A DNA stretch of 64,000 bases from Vicugna vicugna. Its lineage: Eukaryota. Shown here piece by piece: positions 51,281-63,365 of this stretch (the first letter of the stretch is position 1; each line of letters opens with the position of its first letter). The position numbers and the translations under genes were made by a program. Under the pieces are notes generated by a model. That model saw nothing but the letters and a program-made list of their open reading frames with translations. It was not told the DNA's origin and ran no database searches. The DNA is taken from positions 2,317,779 through 2,381,778 of the forward strand of contig MU058718.1 in NCBI GenBank assembly GCA_013265495.1, read 5' to 3'.

Positions 51281-52104
51281 CTAATAAAGAGCAGAGGCTT
51301 GTCCTGAAGGAAGGGCACCCAAAGAGGCCCCGAAGCAGGGCGCTGTAAAAACTGGCTGAAACCTGACTTCCGTAATAAACAGGAAGGGCTGTTTTGTCAC
51401 CCAGTGAGGGATTCTGTTCTGTGCAGGCAAAAATGCCTGTGGTGAAAATAAAAGCACTGTATCATGAGCATCAAAGCACAAGGCTTCTTGCCATAGTTAA
51501 CGCTATGTTTTCAAAAACAAAACAAAACAAAACAAAACAAAACAAATATAAACAAACCCCAAAGAACTCCCTGTGTGATGATTGCAAGAATATAATTCTT
51601 TGCCATTAATTAGCGTCTGCCTTATTACAGAGATCAGAAGAAATGAGAGCTGTTGTCTTAATGCACTCTAAGGAACAGGCCAAACAAGAATGTGGGCTCC
51701 TGAGAGATAAAAGCCAGTGTGGCGCCCAAGTATTTCGTGCCTGTTCCTTCATGATAAACAACTTTGATCAAAGCATTAGCACTCGAATCCATTTCTTCTT
51801 GCGCCAACTTTTGTTCAAACCATGCTTCTCCCTGTCATTTCATCACTGAGTAGAATGATTGTTAGAAGCAAGAGAGGTGATGGAAGCATCCTAATTTAGT
51901 TAAAAGGTATTGAAGGCTCATGCTGAGATGACAAAAATCTTATCAATTTCAGGTTCCTTCCTATTCAACTCCTGGTAAGAGACACTTGAACAATGAACTG
52001 GATAGAAAGTTTTCTCATGGAAGAGAGCTTAAGATGTTAATGTCACAAGCCACTGAAGAAAGAAAAATCTCAGAAATGCCACATTTAAACACTGAAAATC
52101 TTAC

Positions 52105-52265
52105 TTTTTATCCATACAGACCTTATGGAAGATCATTCTGAAGGTCAGAGGATGTGAATATCTGGGATGGAGTTGCTCATCAGAATTCAAGCACAGTGAG
52201 ATGATTATGGGGAAGTTTATCTGGACTCTTGTTTGTGGCAAGTCTGTGAAGATCAGGACATCAAT
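52105..52265 (-). CDS. Candidate exon (161 bp, phase 0->2), open: IDVLIFTDLPQTRVQINFPIIISLCLNSDEQLHPRYSHPLTFRMIFHKVCMDK
   Basis: Acceptor gtgttctttttacag|ATTG, donor AAA|gtaaga; ORF 52101-52313(-) ends at the TAA inside the donor. Confidence 0.55.
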
Positions 52266-52508
52266 CTGTAAAAAGAACACTCTCCTTAAGACATCTTTAC
52301 TCTCAATACACATTTTTCCTCCGGAAGAGGAATGAGCTCTTGTATGATGGCAGTGAAGGAAAGGGAGTAAAGAGTCTATCTGAAAAGAAAAAAAAGGAAA
52401 CTCACCAATTTGGGGTTTCTGCTATGTTTCCTCAGATATTGCATGAATCAGTTTATAAGAAACTACTGTTCTTGAACTGTAGTTGTTCTACAAAAAGTAG
52501 AAATATAG

Positions 52509-52666
52509 GAGGGAGGGTGCAGGTCAGTGGTTGAGTGCATGCCTAGCATGTACAAGGTCCTAGGTTCAATTCCCAGTACCTCTGTTTATAAATCAATCAA
52601 TCAATCAATCAATCAAGCCAGCCAGCCTAAAATTCCCTCCCTCTTATTAAAGAAATTTACAAAAAA
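52509..52666 (+). mobile_element. tRNA-derived SINE (vic-1-like) with (AATC)n tail
   Basis: GGGAGGGTGCAGGTCAGTGGTTGAGTGCATGCCTAGCATGTACAAGGTCCTAGGTTCAATTCCCAGTACCTC; TSD AGAAATATAG 52499-52508 and 52667-52676. Confidence 0.93.
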
Positions 52667-53355
52667 AGAAATATAGAACTTATTCTAATTAGTGAGAGTT
52701 TGTTGCTATTTTGTTATTTTGCTGTTGAATTCTTTTCCCAAATTTACGTTTCCGATGTGAATAAAAATCCATGAATGGAATTTGGTAACATTCCACATTG
52801 AGTGATAAATGACACATAGTCAATCCCAATTCTCAATCAGCAGATTAATAATCTGAAATTTCATTTCCTAGTAACTCCCCAACCCATCCCCTCTGCTGCT
52901 CAAATGACCAGTCCCATGGCTCATTTAGTTTCAAGTGTCCCATGTGGAGTGGATTGTTCTGAAGTCTTGGGGGTGGGGTGGGTATGTCTATGCTTGAGTC
53001 AGAACTTCAACAGAACTGGAGAAACCCTAAATGACTTCCTGGGGACTTTTATTTTCTGCTAAAATCTTGGAAGATTTGTGTTTTACTCATAAAGGAGGCT
53101 GTTTCTCCTTACGATATACTTTGTTTAACAACATACACAATACTAAAATTATGTTTAAAAACTGCTCAATAGAATTAGAAAAATTGGATACTTAAAAAAT
53201 TTACTTCATGTTATCAAGTAAGAAATATTTTCTAGGTTGTTGTTTGGATAAATCCAAGTTTTGGTTTGCTAAAAAAAGTTCGCAGATAGTTACTTTCAAG
53301 TGGTTTTTCATCTGAAAAATCTTAAATCATAGATTTCAACTAGTTTCTACTTTAC

Positions 53356-53391
53356 TTTTTCTTTTTCCTGGAATAAACTTGACTTGCTCGG
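53356..53391 (-). CDS. Candidate exon (36 bp, phase 0->0), open: PSKSSLFQEKEK
   Basis: Acceptor aatttcttttaatag|CCGA, donor AAA|gtaaag (weak); in frame with 52105-52265. Confidence 0.35.
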
Positions 53392-54485
53392 CTATTAAAA
53401 GAAATTCTGTGTTTGTTTAAATACTTGTCAGATAATAAAATGGGCAGAACCATGGCACTTCATACCATTTCATTTGTATTTTGGGAGAGGAACACATCTC
53501 AGTAATAATATTACTAATGTACTAAAAATGTTCCCCAGGATGTCTGACTTTTAAAACAGATTTATAACCTAAAATCTGCAATGTGCAAGTTATACTTAAA
53601 GTGTGAACTACAGAGTCATGGCCGTGCCAAACAGCCTACGTTAGTCCCTCTCTTGGGAGAGAACTCGTTCCTTCCTCTTTCTACTCCACCTCCCAGTCCT
53701 AAGGATTCCAAGTAGTGACCCTACTGTATATTATTATGATCTAAAGGAATGATTTATAATGTACATTGCTCCTTTTCAAAACAGATCTGGGGTGATTGCT
53801 TTTTTAGTAGAAGCTTTTGACAAAAGCTGAATAATGAATTAAAAGAAATGTTAATGTTTTTAGCAAGGGTAGCAGTGGGTGGAGGAGAAAGAGAAGAGTC
53901 TGGCCATTAGAAGATGACGACAGCCCTTTGGGCAGGGTTTTCATCTCTTGCATTTCCCTAAGCTCCGGACGGACAGGACTTGTGTTTGGGTTCGTCGGGC
54001 AATGCTTTGAGGTGCCTGATGTCTGGGAACCCACATTCAGAAGAAACATGAGCGTGAGATAAATACACGAACAACAATGGTTCTAAACAAATCAGCAACT
54101 GAGTGATTTTTTTAAAAAGCTTGAGAGGCTGTTTTAAAAAGAAATACAGCTGTAGTAGTATTGTCAAGTACATACATTGGATTAACTGCCAAGAAATATT
54201 ATCTAATTTTAGTTACTGACGACGGCTCAAGTTTTTGCTGAAATGGTGGACATTTTTTTTTTGACCTTTAAATCATGCTAACATGTTCTAACTAGTTTAA
54301 AAGGAACCAGTCTTAAATTTGGATGTATGAAAAATTTTAGTTTTCTGATAACTGGTTGGTTTGGGGCATATGTCACAGGAAAAGGAAGAACAAAGAGGTT
54401 TTGCTCGGAATCAGGCCATTGTGGTTGTTTTGCTCCCAGGGTGATAGTTTTTAAGGACATATAGAAAGGTTAAGGGAAAAATATG

Positions 54486-54619
54486 TATTTTTTATTTTTA
54501 GTTTTCTTGGGGGGTTAATTAGGTTTGTTTATTTATTTATTTATAGAGGAACTGGGGAATGAAACCAGGACCTCTCACAGGCTAAGCACACTCTTTACCA
54601 CTGAGCTATATCCTCCCCC
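54486..54619 (-). mobile_element. tRNA-derived SINE (vic-1-like)
   Basis: GAGGAACTGGGGAATGAAACCAGGACC...GCTAAGCAC...ACCACTGAGCTATATCCTCCCCC preceded by T-rich tail. Confidence 0.9.
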
Positions 54620-55408
54620 AAGGGGTAAAAATCTTAAAAGCACCAGTGCTCACATAAGAAGTGCCTGAATAGCTTCATTGAATGTAAAGCTCAGAAATCT
54701 CCTGATAACTGTCAATTCAAGAGTTGACAATCTATTCAGCTTACTGACATTTAAATAACGCCCAGAGCGCTGAACTGAAGAAAATCAAATACGATTTCAA
54801 AACAGAAAAACAAATGACATAGTTAAAATAGAAATGTCTTTCTTAAAAATTGGTCATTATTGGAGGGAAAAACAGCGTATTGCTGAGAGATGAAATATCT
54901 CAGGGCATGAACTGAAACTCTGTGGGTCACCACGCTCCTGGAGCTGCAGAGAGAGGTGATTCCGTGGCTCAGGGCACCGCACATCAAAGTCTTCCTCACG
55001 GGCCTTCCAGAACTAGAGGGTGATGATTCCCAGAGCTGACTGCCTGAGGGGAGGAAACGCACCACATGGGAAGACAAATGTTTTGTAATAAGTGTGAGCA
55101 ACTGGCTGAAGGAAACAATTACTTTTATCTTTGCTACTGAGCCTTTGGATTCTGCCAGATATATTTATGCTCCTTGGCAAAGACTGGATTTTAATTTCTT
55201 GGCAAAACAGACAGACGGACATCTCTCTTACAGTGTCTAGTAAAAGATCCTTCCTTGTAAACACTCATTCTGTAGGGTTTAAAAGCTACGGGGGGGGGGG
55301 GCGTTGAATCACATCTGCCTCCTTAAATCTTCAGGGAGAAAAGAATTCTTTATGAAAAGAGAACTTTATGGTGACACTTAACCGAAAGAAGTCTCTTTCA
55401 TAAAGTAC

Positions 55409-55470
55409 CTGGTCTGTCTCTTCTTCTGAGTGTTCTCACTGATTCTGAGAGAGAGTTTCAATTGATGCCA
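55409..55470 (-). CDS. Candidate exon (62 bp), one open frame WHQLKLSLRISENTQKKRQT
   Basis: Acceptor gtattgcttttccag|TGGC, donor CAG|gtactt. Confidence 0.25.
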
Positions 55471-56290
55471 CTGGAAAAGCAATACGTTCCCTCCCACCTT
55501 TCAGTTCCTCATAAATTCTGGGGCACAACAGGCCCATCTTATGTTTCTTCCTGTCTGGTGTGAATGTGACAGTGTAATTTCAGCTCCAGGAAGTCACTGA
55601 GAACACAGGAGTGAGCAATTAATGAAGTTATTAAGTATCACTCAGGGCATAGTTCCCTATAAAAGCCAGGCCAAGGGTCCAGGCATAAGTGAGCTCCTGG
55701 CACATGGTACTAAACAAAACTGACAGAAATAAAACTTGGAGTTCCTTAAATCAGTACCCTTCTCCTGTAAGAAAGTGCCCTGACAAGGGAAAGTGCTCTG
55801 TGTAGTGGTACAGACTGCCTCCTGGCTGTGGCCATCTACTTAGGGGGAGGCAGTTGAATGCAGTGGACGTTTGATACGGGTCTGGGACACGACCCTGGAA
55901 AGCTACTGTTTAGTTCAAACGGAGAGGTCTTGGGTAGAAAAATCATCAGCTTGACTTTTTTTTTTGTTGTTGTTCTTCTAAGTGCTTGGTATCTAAGTGC
56001 ATGGTAAAATGCAGCTTACCCACAGCCTGCAAGTTACATATTATATGTTACAGGTAGTCTTGTAAGGGATATCCTTTAATTTAGCTTCTGCTACTATTAA
56101 TAGAGATTTAAATTTTCATGGTTTAAGCCCCACTTTGATATGAACAAAAATTACTCTTTACATTCATCCATGCTAATTCTATAATTTCTAATACAGAGCA
56201 AGGACGATGCATATATATGTATATATACACAAATAAACATACATAATTTTCTGGTGTGATATCCATGCCAGACATTGTTAATTGATCATG

Positions 56291-56739
56291 TGGATGCTCC
56301 TGGAGAATGTCATTCTAAGTGAAGTAAGCCAGAAAGAGAAAGAAAAATACCATATGAGATCGCTCATATGTGGAATCTAAAAAACAAAAACAAAAACAAA
56401 CAAACAAACAAACAAAAACAAAGTGTAAATACAGGACAGAAATAGACTCATAGACAGAGAATACAGACTTGTGGTTGCCAGGGGGCTGGAGGGTGGGAAG
56501 GGATAGACTGGGATTTGAAAATTGTAGAATAGATAAACCAGATTACACTGTATAGCACAGGGAAGTATACACAAAATGTTATGATAACTCACAGAGAAAA
56601 AAATGTGACAATGAGTGTGTATATGTCTATGAATGACTGAAAAATTGTGCTGAACGCTGGAATTTGACACAACATTGTAAAATGATTATAAATCAATAAA
56701 AATGTTTAAAAAAAAACAATTCTATAGCAGTGAAAAAAA
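56291..56739 (+). mobile_element. 5'-truncated young LINE-1 with 11-bp TSD and short 3' transduction
   Basis: L1 3'UTR (CTAAGTGAAGTAAGCCAGAAAGAGAAAGAAAAATACC...), AATAAA 56695-56700; TSD AATTGATCATG 56280-56290 and 56740-56750. Confidence 0.95.
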
Positions 56740-56930
56740 AATTGATCATGCATTCCAATAAGCTTTCAGGATTCTTCTCAACAGTACTCCAGGCAACTAT
56801 CACCCAAAAGACTCCTTATAAGGATATGAGTGTGTGTCATGGCACCAGAGGTAGGAATGCAGGAACGCCTTGACTCGGTCCAGAAGCAGAAGGCTTCTCT
56901 ACCTTGCATCTCTGCTCCGCCGTGAGCATT

Positions 56931-57371
56931 TGTGGTGGGCAGAGTAACAGCCCCCAAAGATGTCCTAATCCCTGGAACCTATGAAAATGCTACCCCACAT
57001 GGCAAAAGGGACTTTGTCAATATGATTAAGTTAAAGATCTTGAGATAGAGAGATTATGCTGATTATCCTGGTGGGCACAGTGTAATCACAAGGGTCCTTA
57101 AAAGAGGGAAGCCGGTGGGGTCAGAGTCAGGGAAGATGTGACAATGGAAGCAGAGGCTGACGGGATGCAACCCTAAGTCAAGGAATGCAGGCGGCTTCTA
57201 GAAGAAGGAAAGGGCAAGGAAATGGAATTTCCCCTAGAGCCTCCAGAAGGAATACAGCCCCGCCAATTCCTTTCAGACTTCTGATCTTCAGAATTATAAA
57301 ATAATAAATTTGCTTGTCTAAGCCACTAAGTTTGTGGTAATTTGTTATAGCATCAGGTGGACATTAGTACA
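56931..57371 (+). mobile_element. MaLR solo LTR (MLT1D-like) with perfect 5-bp TSD
   Basis: TGTGGTGGGCAGAGTAACAGCCCCCAAAGATGTCC...AAGCCACTAAGTTTGTGGTAATTTGTTATAGCA...TAGTACA; TSD GCATT 56926-56930 and 57372-57376. Confidence 0.93.
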
Positions 57372-57703
57372 GCATTCACTTCATTTAATTCATTGTCTCT
57401 CTACTGGCTTTTTTTTTTCTGCTCCTCAGTTCACGTGGCAAAACATGGCCTCCCCAGAGTGTGCAAGCTTACATTCATACACAGATTCTGCTCAGCCCTC
57501 TCAGTTCCATTTCCAAATTTCAGAAAAAAACATGATCTGGTCAGCTGGGGTCAGGGGCTCTTCCTCCTTCTGGTCAGACAAAATTAGGGTCACACAGAAT
57601 AAGCAAGGCTACCAGGAAACCATTCCATGGGTGGGCAGGGCAGATTGTTCATGCCTTCATTTATTAACTTCCTAAAGCTGACATTTTATTGTACAAATTC
57701 CAC

Positions 57704-58182
57704 GTATTGGAGTGTTACAGATCGCACTAATGGACCCACTGCATGCCTCTCTCCATACTTTTTCGTAGTGCCCTTCTAACCAGATCTGATGCTGGCCATA
57801 TGTCTTGCTTTGGCCAATGGGACAATAGCAAACTTAATGCAAATGGTTTTGTAAAAGCGCTTGCATATTTCTGCTTCTTCTCTTGGAGCCTTAACCCTGT
57901 CATAAGAGCAGGCCCAGGCCAGACTTCTGGAGGATAAGGGCCCATGGAGCACAGAACAAAGTCATCCTAGCTGAGGCCATCCTAACCAGCTGGTCCCCAG
58001 CTAACCTGGGAGCTGACCACAGATGCATAAGTGAGCACCACTAGCCCAGCTCAGATTAGCAAAACTGCTGAGCCAACCTCTAGACCCATGAGCAAGAAGA
58101 GATGTTATTTACTGTTGAATGCCACTGAGGTTTTGTGGTTGTTTGTTACACAGCATTATTGTGGCAAAAGGTAATTGATACA
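57704..58182 (+). mobile_element. MaLR LTR (MLT1G/H-like)
   Basis: TTGCTTTGGCCAATGGGACAATAGCAAA...GCCACTGAGGTTTTGTGGTTGTTTGTTACACAGCATTATTGTGGCAAAAGGTAATTGATACA. Confidence 0.85.
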
Positions 58183-58576
58183 GGGGAAGGTAATGATTAA
58201 ATATAATTTTATACCCTTAATTCAATTGCCCTTAGGGCTGATTCTAACTACCTTAGGAAAAATTGGCTCTCAGCATCTCAGCCAGAGATCAGACCAAAAG
58301 TACCAGAAGAGTAGGAAGGAAGATGAATGTTTTTAGCAAGTTTCCTATTCATCCAGCCCTCTGGCACTCTGCTAAATACTCTTGCAAAGCCTACCTCATT
58401 AGAGCCTCATAAACACTCTATGAGGTGGGTTTGTTTATAGATGAGGAAATTGAAGCTCAGTGAGAGTTCAGTAACTTTCTCAGAGTTGCTTCCATACCAC
58501 ATCCAAGAATGCAGATTTGATCCCAGATCTGTCTGTTGCAAAGTCTCCTCCTGATATCGGGTCACCCTTCAGAGCC

Positions 58577-58696
58577 CAGCGTGTAGATGTAGCAAATAAA
58601 AATAAAGAACACCCTGTTAAATTTGAATTTTAGATAAAAAATTATTTTATCTGAAGTTCAAAATAGTTGGTGTCCTATATTTTATCTGGCAACCCC
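58577..58696. mobile_element. Palindromic hAT MITE (MER53-like), internally deleted
   Basis: AGCAAATAAAAATAAAGAACACCCTGTTAAATTTGAATTTTAGATAAAA...TTTTATCTGAAGTTCAAA...GTGTCCTATATTTTATCTGGCAACCC inverted arms. Confidence 0.8.
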
Positions 58697-59117
58697 ACTA
58701 ACATGAAGCTCACTTTTTGGTGAGGGACAGATCTATAGTAAATGTGGCAGGCCTCACTCCATCCTACTAAGAACATATTTGAAATTAACCGACTGTTACA
58801 CCTACAGGAGTCATGCATGCTCTGAGGGCTTACAAGGAAAGGATGCTGAGGCCTTACTCTCAAGCTCCTGAGAGCCTCTAACTCTTTGTAAAGTTTGTAA
58901 CCTCAAATGCCATGTGCTCTTGGGATATTTGCCCAACCACAAAGTGGGAGTGTCCAGGCCACTTTGCTGATTAGTGTCTAGGTTCTTTAAAGAGGAGTGG
59001 AAAGTATATATATCATTTGGTATATGTTGCTGGCTGTTAATGAAGTTAAAAATAAAGTCTGAGGATAAAGGATTTTTTTCTGCCTATGCATAAGAAATTA
59101 AGGGCAGATTAGAGCAA

Positions 59118-59372
59118 ATGAATAATAGCCCATATGTGCTTTTTATGTACCAGGAATTTTCCTTAACATTTAAGATAAACTAACTCATTTAATCCACAGA
59201 AAAACCTTATGGGGCAAATGTTATTATCATTATCTCATTTTACAGATGAGGAAACAGAGAGGTTAAGTAAGTAACCTAAGTTTACACAGCCAGTAAGTGG
59301 TAGCTCTGCAATTCAAACCCAGGCTGTCTGATGCCAGAGTTCAGATATTTAACCACTATACTATCCTGCCTC
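59118..59372 (-). mobile_element. MIR SINE (followed by L2 fragment ~59376-60000)
   Basis: TAACTCATTTAATCCACA...CATTTTACAGATGAGGAAACAGAGAGGTTAAGTAA...ATTCAAACCCAGGCTGTCTGA. Confidence 0.9.
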
Positions 59373-61598
59373 TCAGCAAGTGTCTACTGAATTTCTACTA
59401 TGTGCCAGGCATTGTTCAATGTCCTGGGATAAAGTAGTGAACAATATAGTTTCTGCATTTATTAATCATGCATTCTGGGGAACATAGGCAGAAAATACAG
59501 AAGTGAAGAAAAATGAGTTCCAATAGTGATAAGCACTTTGAAGATAATAAAGCAGGGTCATGTGATGGAGAGCCTTGAGTGGAAGGATGGCTGCATTAGA
59601 ATGGGGAACCATTTTCTGAGGAAGTGGCATCCAAGCTGAGGTCTTATCAGAAAAAGGAGCCAGCCATGCAAGAATCTGGAGGAAGAAGAACACACCAGGA
59701 AGAATACTTCTGTGGCAAAGACATTTGAGAAACAAAAGTAATGCTGGTGCTGCTGAGATGGAATCAGAATGGGAGAGGATCACAGAGTGCTCTGTGGGCC
59801 ATGGTGAAGGAGAACTGGGTTCTCAGCAGGGTGGACAAATGTTGGAGAATTTTAAGCATGGGAGGGACGTGATCTGATCTGGAGTTCTAAGGGTCACTAT
59901 GGATGCTATGTGAAGAGACCATGAGCCAGCACAGGGTATGTATGGTCAACAAAAGCAGAAGTAAGGGGACCAGTTAGCAGGCGACTGTAGTACAACAGGG
60001 AGTCAGCTGCACTGTCATTCTCTCCTTCCTTGGTCCAGATGTCCTCTCTTTCTTTTGCTCTATGTAAACCCAGAAACAAAACTCAGTACATCTCTTAGAT
60101 CCTTAAATAGAATTCAATCACACAGAAAAGTATTAAGGAAAAAAAAACTGAAGGTTTAGTTCAAGAGATGGGGGAGGTATTTTATGTCATAAATCCCATA
60201 GCAAACAGCTTAAACACTAAATAGACAATTGTTTCCCAAAGGTCCTTTCTGGTCCTTGGCCACGTCTTCACAGGGGTTTTTCTCTCTGATCTTTCTTCTA
60301 TGCAGCACACCCAGTGTTTCAGGCTCTTTTTCAAAAGTATTTCTGCTGTGCATTGACCCCCTCCAGATTGCAAATTCCTCTCTGCTATTACACAGAACTA
60401 CTTAGCTCTGCCACCTTGCTTAAACCCAAATTTACACACCCGACCTATCAGGCTGCCTAGCAAAGAAAGGCTCCCTTAGGTACCAAGGCCCATCCACCAT
60501 AAAATTTAGAAGCTTTAGGGTTATAAATGAAAGTAAGTGCTTTCTGTTTTCTAAGTATGTGTACATAGACACATAAAAATGAATATCTTGGTCCTTTTCC
60601 TTCATGGTAAAGGATTATTCTTTAGAGATTAATGCATAATTATTTATGAGCTATTTATCATTACAGATTTTGGTGTGAGATTTATCTTTTTCCAAAATCA
60701 CAACCTCTGTACTTATGATTTCTTCTTATGTAAAAGATGGTTTTGATTGATTGAGGATGATTTGAATCCTAGTACTTTCAGTTCTTTTTTGTTATGGTTA
60801 TCTGATTTGATCTTCTAAGACCAGAGGATAAAACATGTTTCTTGTGTTTTGGTTCAGTAAGGCAGTCCATGATCCATGTGCTCATCTGACGTCTGCACTA
60901 TTCTCAACAGATACCCACCAGGTCCCAGGTCCCCTGCTAAGTAAGTTGGACCAAGTCCTTGCCACCAAGAAATTTATATTCTCACAAGGAAGGTTGTGTT
61001 CTAGAAAAAATTGGATGATGAGATGAATGAAAAAGATTATGAATTTTATCGTGTACCCTGCTTAAGGAATAAGTATTCTCTCCTTCTTTCAGAAAGCCTG
61101 TTGTGCAAGTAACAGTCACCAATGTGACCAAACAGAACTCCCATCTTAATGTCATATTTACTGACACGCAATATTTATAAATTTGTGGTAATTCTTAGGA
61201 ACAGAATTCCCTGCTCTATCTCCTGTAGTATGGTTCAAAAAAACTCAAGAACACTAAGTCAGGGCTTTTGCCAGTTAGCCCTGCATGAAGAAGGAGTGTT
61301 TATTAGTTCCAAAATGTAGCGTGTAAATCAAGCATTCCTGCGTGCTGAGCAGGCAGGAGATCTGGATGCAGCACAGCGAGAAAGAGATCTCAACCATGGG
61401 CCGCTCGACCTCTTCACCCCTTTGTTAAGAAGCTGTCGTTCCTGTATGGTTGCTCGAATGGTAACTCAGAATATCTAGCCCAGAAAAGCAACAGCAGGTC
61501 CCCTATTAAGTAAGTGGTGGTAACATTTTCCATTTGTTATCCTTCAGAAAAACATGAGCTGGTGTCAGGAAATGGACTCAAAAGTAAATAGTTGGAAG

Positions 61599-61736
61599 TT
61601 GGGAGGGTATAGCTCAGTCGCAGAGCGAACGTTTAGCATGCAAGAGATCCTGGGTTCAATCTCCAGTACTTCCAGTAAAAATAAACAAACATAATGACCC
61701 CCTCCCCCACCAAAAAAGAAAAACAGAAATTTCTTT
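61599..61736 (+). mobile_element. tRNA-derived SINE (vic-1-like)
   Basis: GGGAGGGTATAGCTCAGTCGCAGAGCG...TAGCATGCAAGAGATCCTGGGTTCAATCTCCAGTACTTCC + A-rich tail. Confidence 0.9.
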
Positions 61737-62138
61737 TAAAGTAATTGGTGATCACTTTTTTTCCCAGTTGTAATTATCATAGCTAAGGTAAATCTAAAAA
61801 ACTATGTCTGATCAAAACAATGACATTATGTTCCATATCAGATTTAAGTCAACAAGCAAATTAATGAAATTGGGGTCTATGAAAAATATGGGGAGAGCCA
61901 GTAATAGGTGATAGTTTTTGTTCTGGATTTGTCATTTGGCTGCCTTCTCTGGGAGAGCAACAGGAAGTGCCCAGAGTTAACAGCAGCACACACTGTCCTG
62001 GGCAAACGCACAAGTGTCCGGGCACCACACTGCCCAGGGAGCTCTGACCTCCGACTGGGGAGTGGTGTCCCCAAAGTTGTCCTTATGAGGGCTCTTCTTC
62101 AAAAAACAGAACCTGGCTGCTTCCATTGCTTGGAACCA

Positions 62139-62168
62139 CTCTCTCTCTCACAGACACACAGACACACA

Positions 62169-62201
<33 letters not shown>
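62139..62201. repeat. Compound (CT)n/(CA)n microsatellite
   Basis: Pure (CA)15 at 62171-62200 preceded by interrupted CA and CT units. Confidence 0.95.
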
Positions 62202-62204
<3 letters not shown>

Positions 62205-62299
62205 TAGTCAATTTTCCCACCACAGCAAAATCTACACACTTACATACTTTAAGTCTTTGCAAATTTGCATCTTACTTTATTTCTCCACATTAACAGACC

Positions 62300-63350
62300 A
62301 TTGCTTAATTTATTTGGAAAATTCTCAGACTCACAAAGCCTGCAAGGTAATAAAGCAAAGTAGGTGCCCACTATTCAGACCTCACTCACATTAACAATGT
62401 GTTTTATTTGCTCCAGATTTTTCAAGACATAAAAATTAAAGACAATATCCCTTTCATGCCATTCAATTCTCCCACTTCCATTTGCAGAGACAAAGACCAT
62501 TGGAAAGTTCCTAGGTATTCCTTCCTTCCAAGATTTTGTACCTTTACTACAGACGTCTGCATTGATTGCAACGTTTGGTTCACTTTTGTATGTTTTTAAA
62601 TTTTACACAAGTATCAGTTTATCCTACAGATCAGCCTGAAATTTGTCTGAATTCACTCAACATTGTTTTTGAGACCTATCCACAGGGAAACATTTAGATC
62701 TAGTGTATCCATTCATTCTAACTGATGTGGAACATTCCACAATTTATTTAGCCATGTATTTAAAGCTCTTTCCTCCCTGTCTCCTTTTGGCAATCATAAA
62801 GAATGCTATTGTGAGCGGATATGTACACATCTTGTTCCAAAACAATGCTCTCTGTGGTAAGCTTCTAGAGGTGGAATTGTTGGCTGGTACCCACCGTAGA
62901 GATTTTCACCCTCATCAGCTATTGCCAAATTGGTCACCAAAGTTGCTCCAGTGTTCATTACTAGCCATGTATTAGAGATACCATTTCCTTATATCCTCAC
63001 TAATACCAAGTATTATCAGCCTTTTAAAGTATTACTTGTCTGATATGGTACAAAATATGTTTTCGTTTGCATCTTCCTAATTACTGATAAGGCCGAATGT
63101 TTTTTCATACTTTTTTTGGCCATTTAGATTCTCTCTTCTATAAACTACCTGACCATGTCTTTGCTCATTTTTCTATTGTGTTATTTATATTTTTTTGTAG
63201 ATCTACACAAGTTCTTTTTTTATACATATTCTTGATTCCATGCTTTTTGGCTGAACAGGTGGCAAAGGTTTGTGTTAGAATTTGTGATTTGTCTTTTAAC
63301 ATTATTTATGGGGACTTTTATTGTGTATGAGCATTATTTTAATGTATACA
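62300..63350 (-). mobile_element. Old LINE-1 fragment (L1ME-like)
   Basis: TTCACTCAACATTGTTTTTGAGACCTATCCA...CTAGAGGTGGAATTGTTGG...TTTGCATCTTCCTAATTACTGATAAGG...TTTGCTCATTTTTCTATTG. Confidence 0.8.
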
Positions 63351-63365
63351 ATTTATCATTTGTGT

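Noticed and set aside
60180..61480. Several acceptor-like sites with protein-looking translations, with vague PLAT-domain-like spacing here and near 55.5 kb
   Set aside because: Stops in most frames, inconsistent phases, and no diagnostic PLAT motif; recalled sequences such as PKD1L1 did not match by eye.
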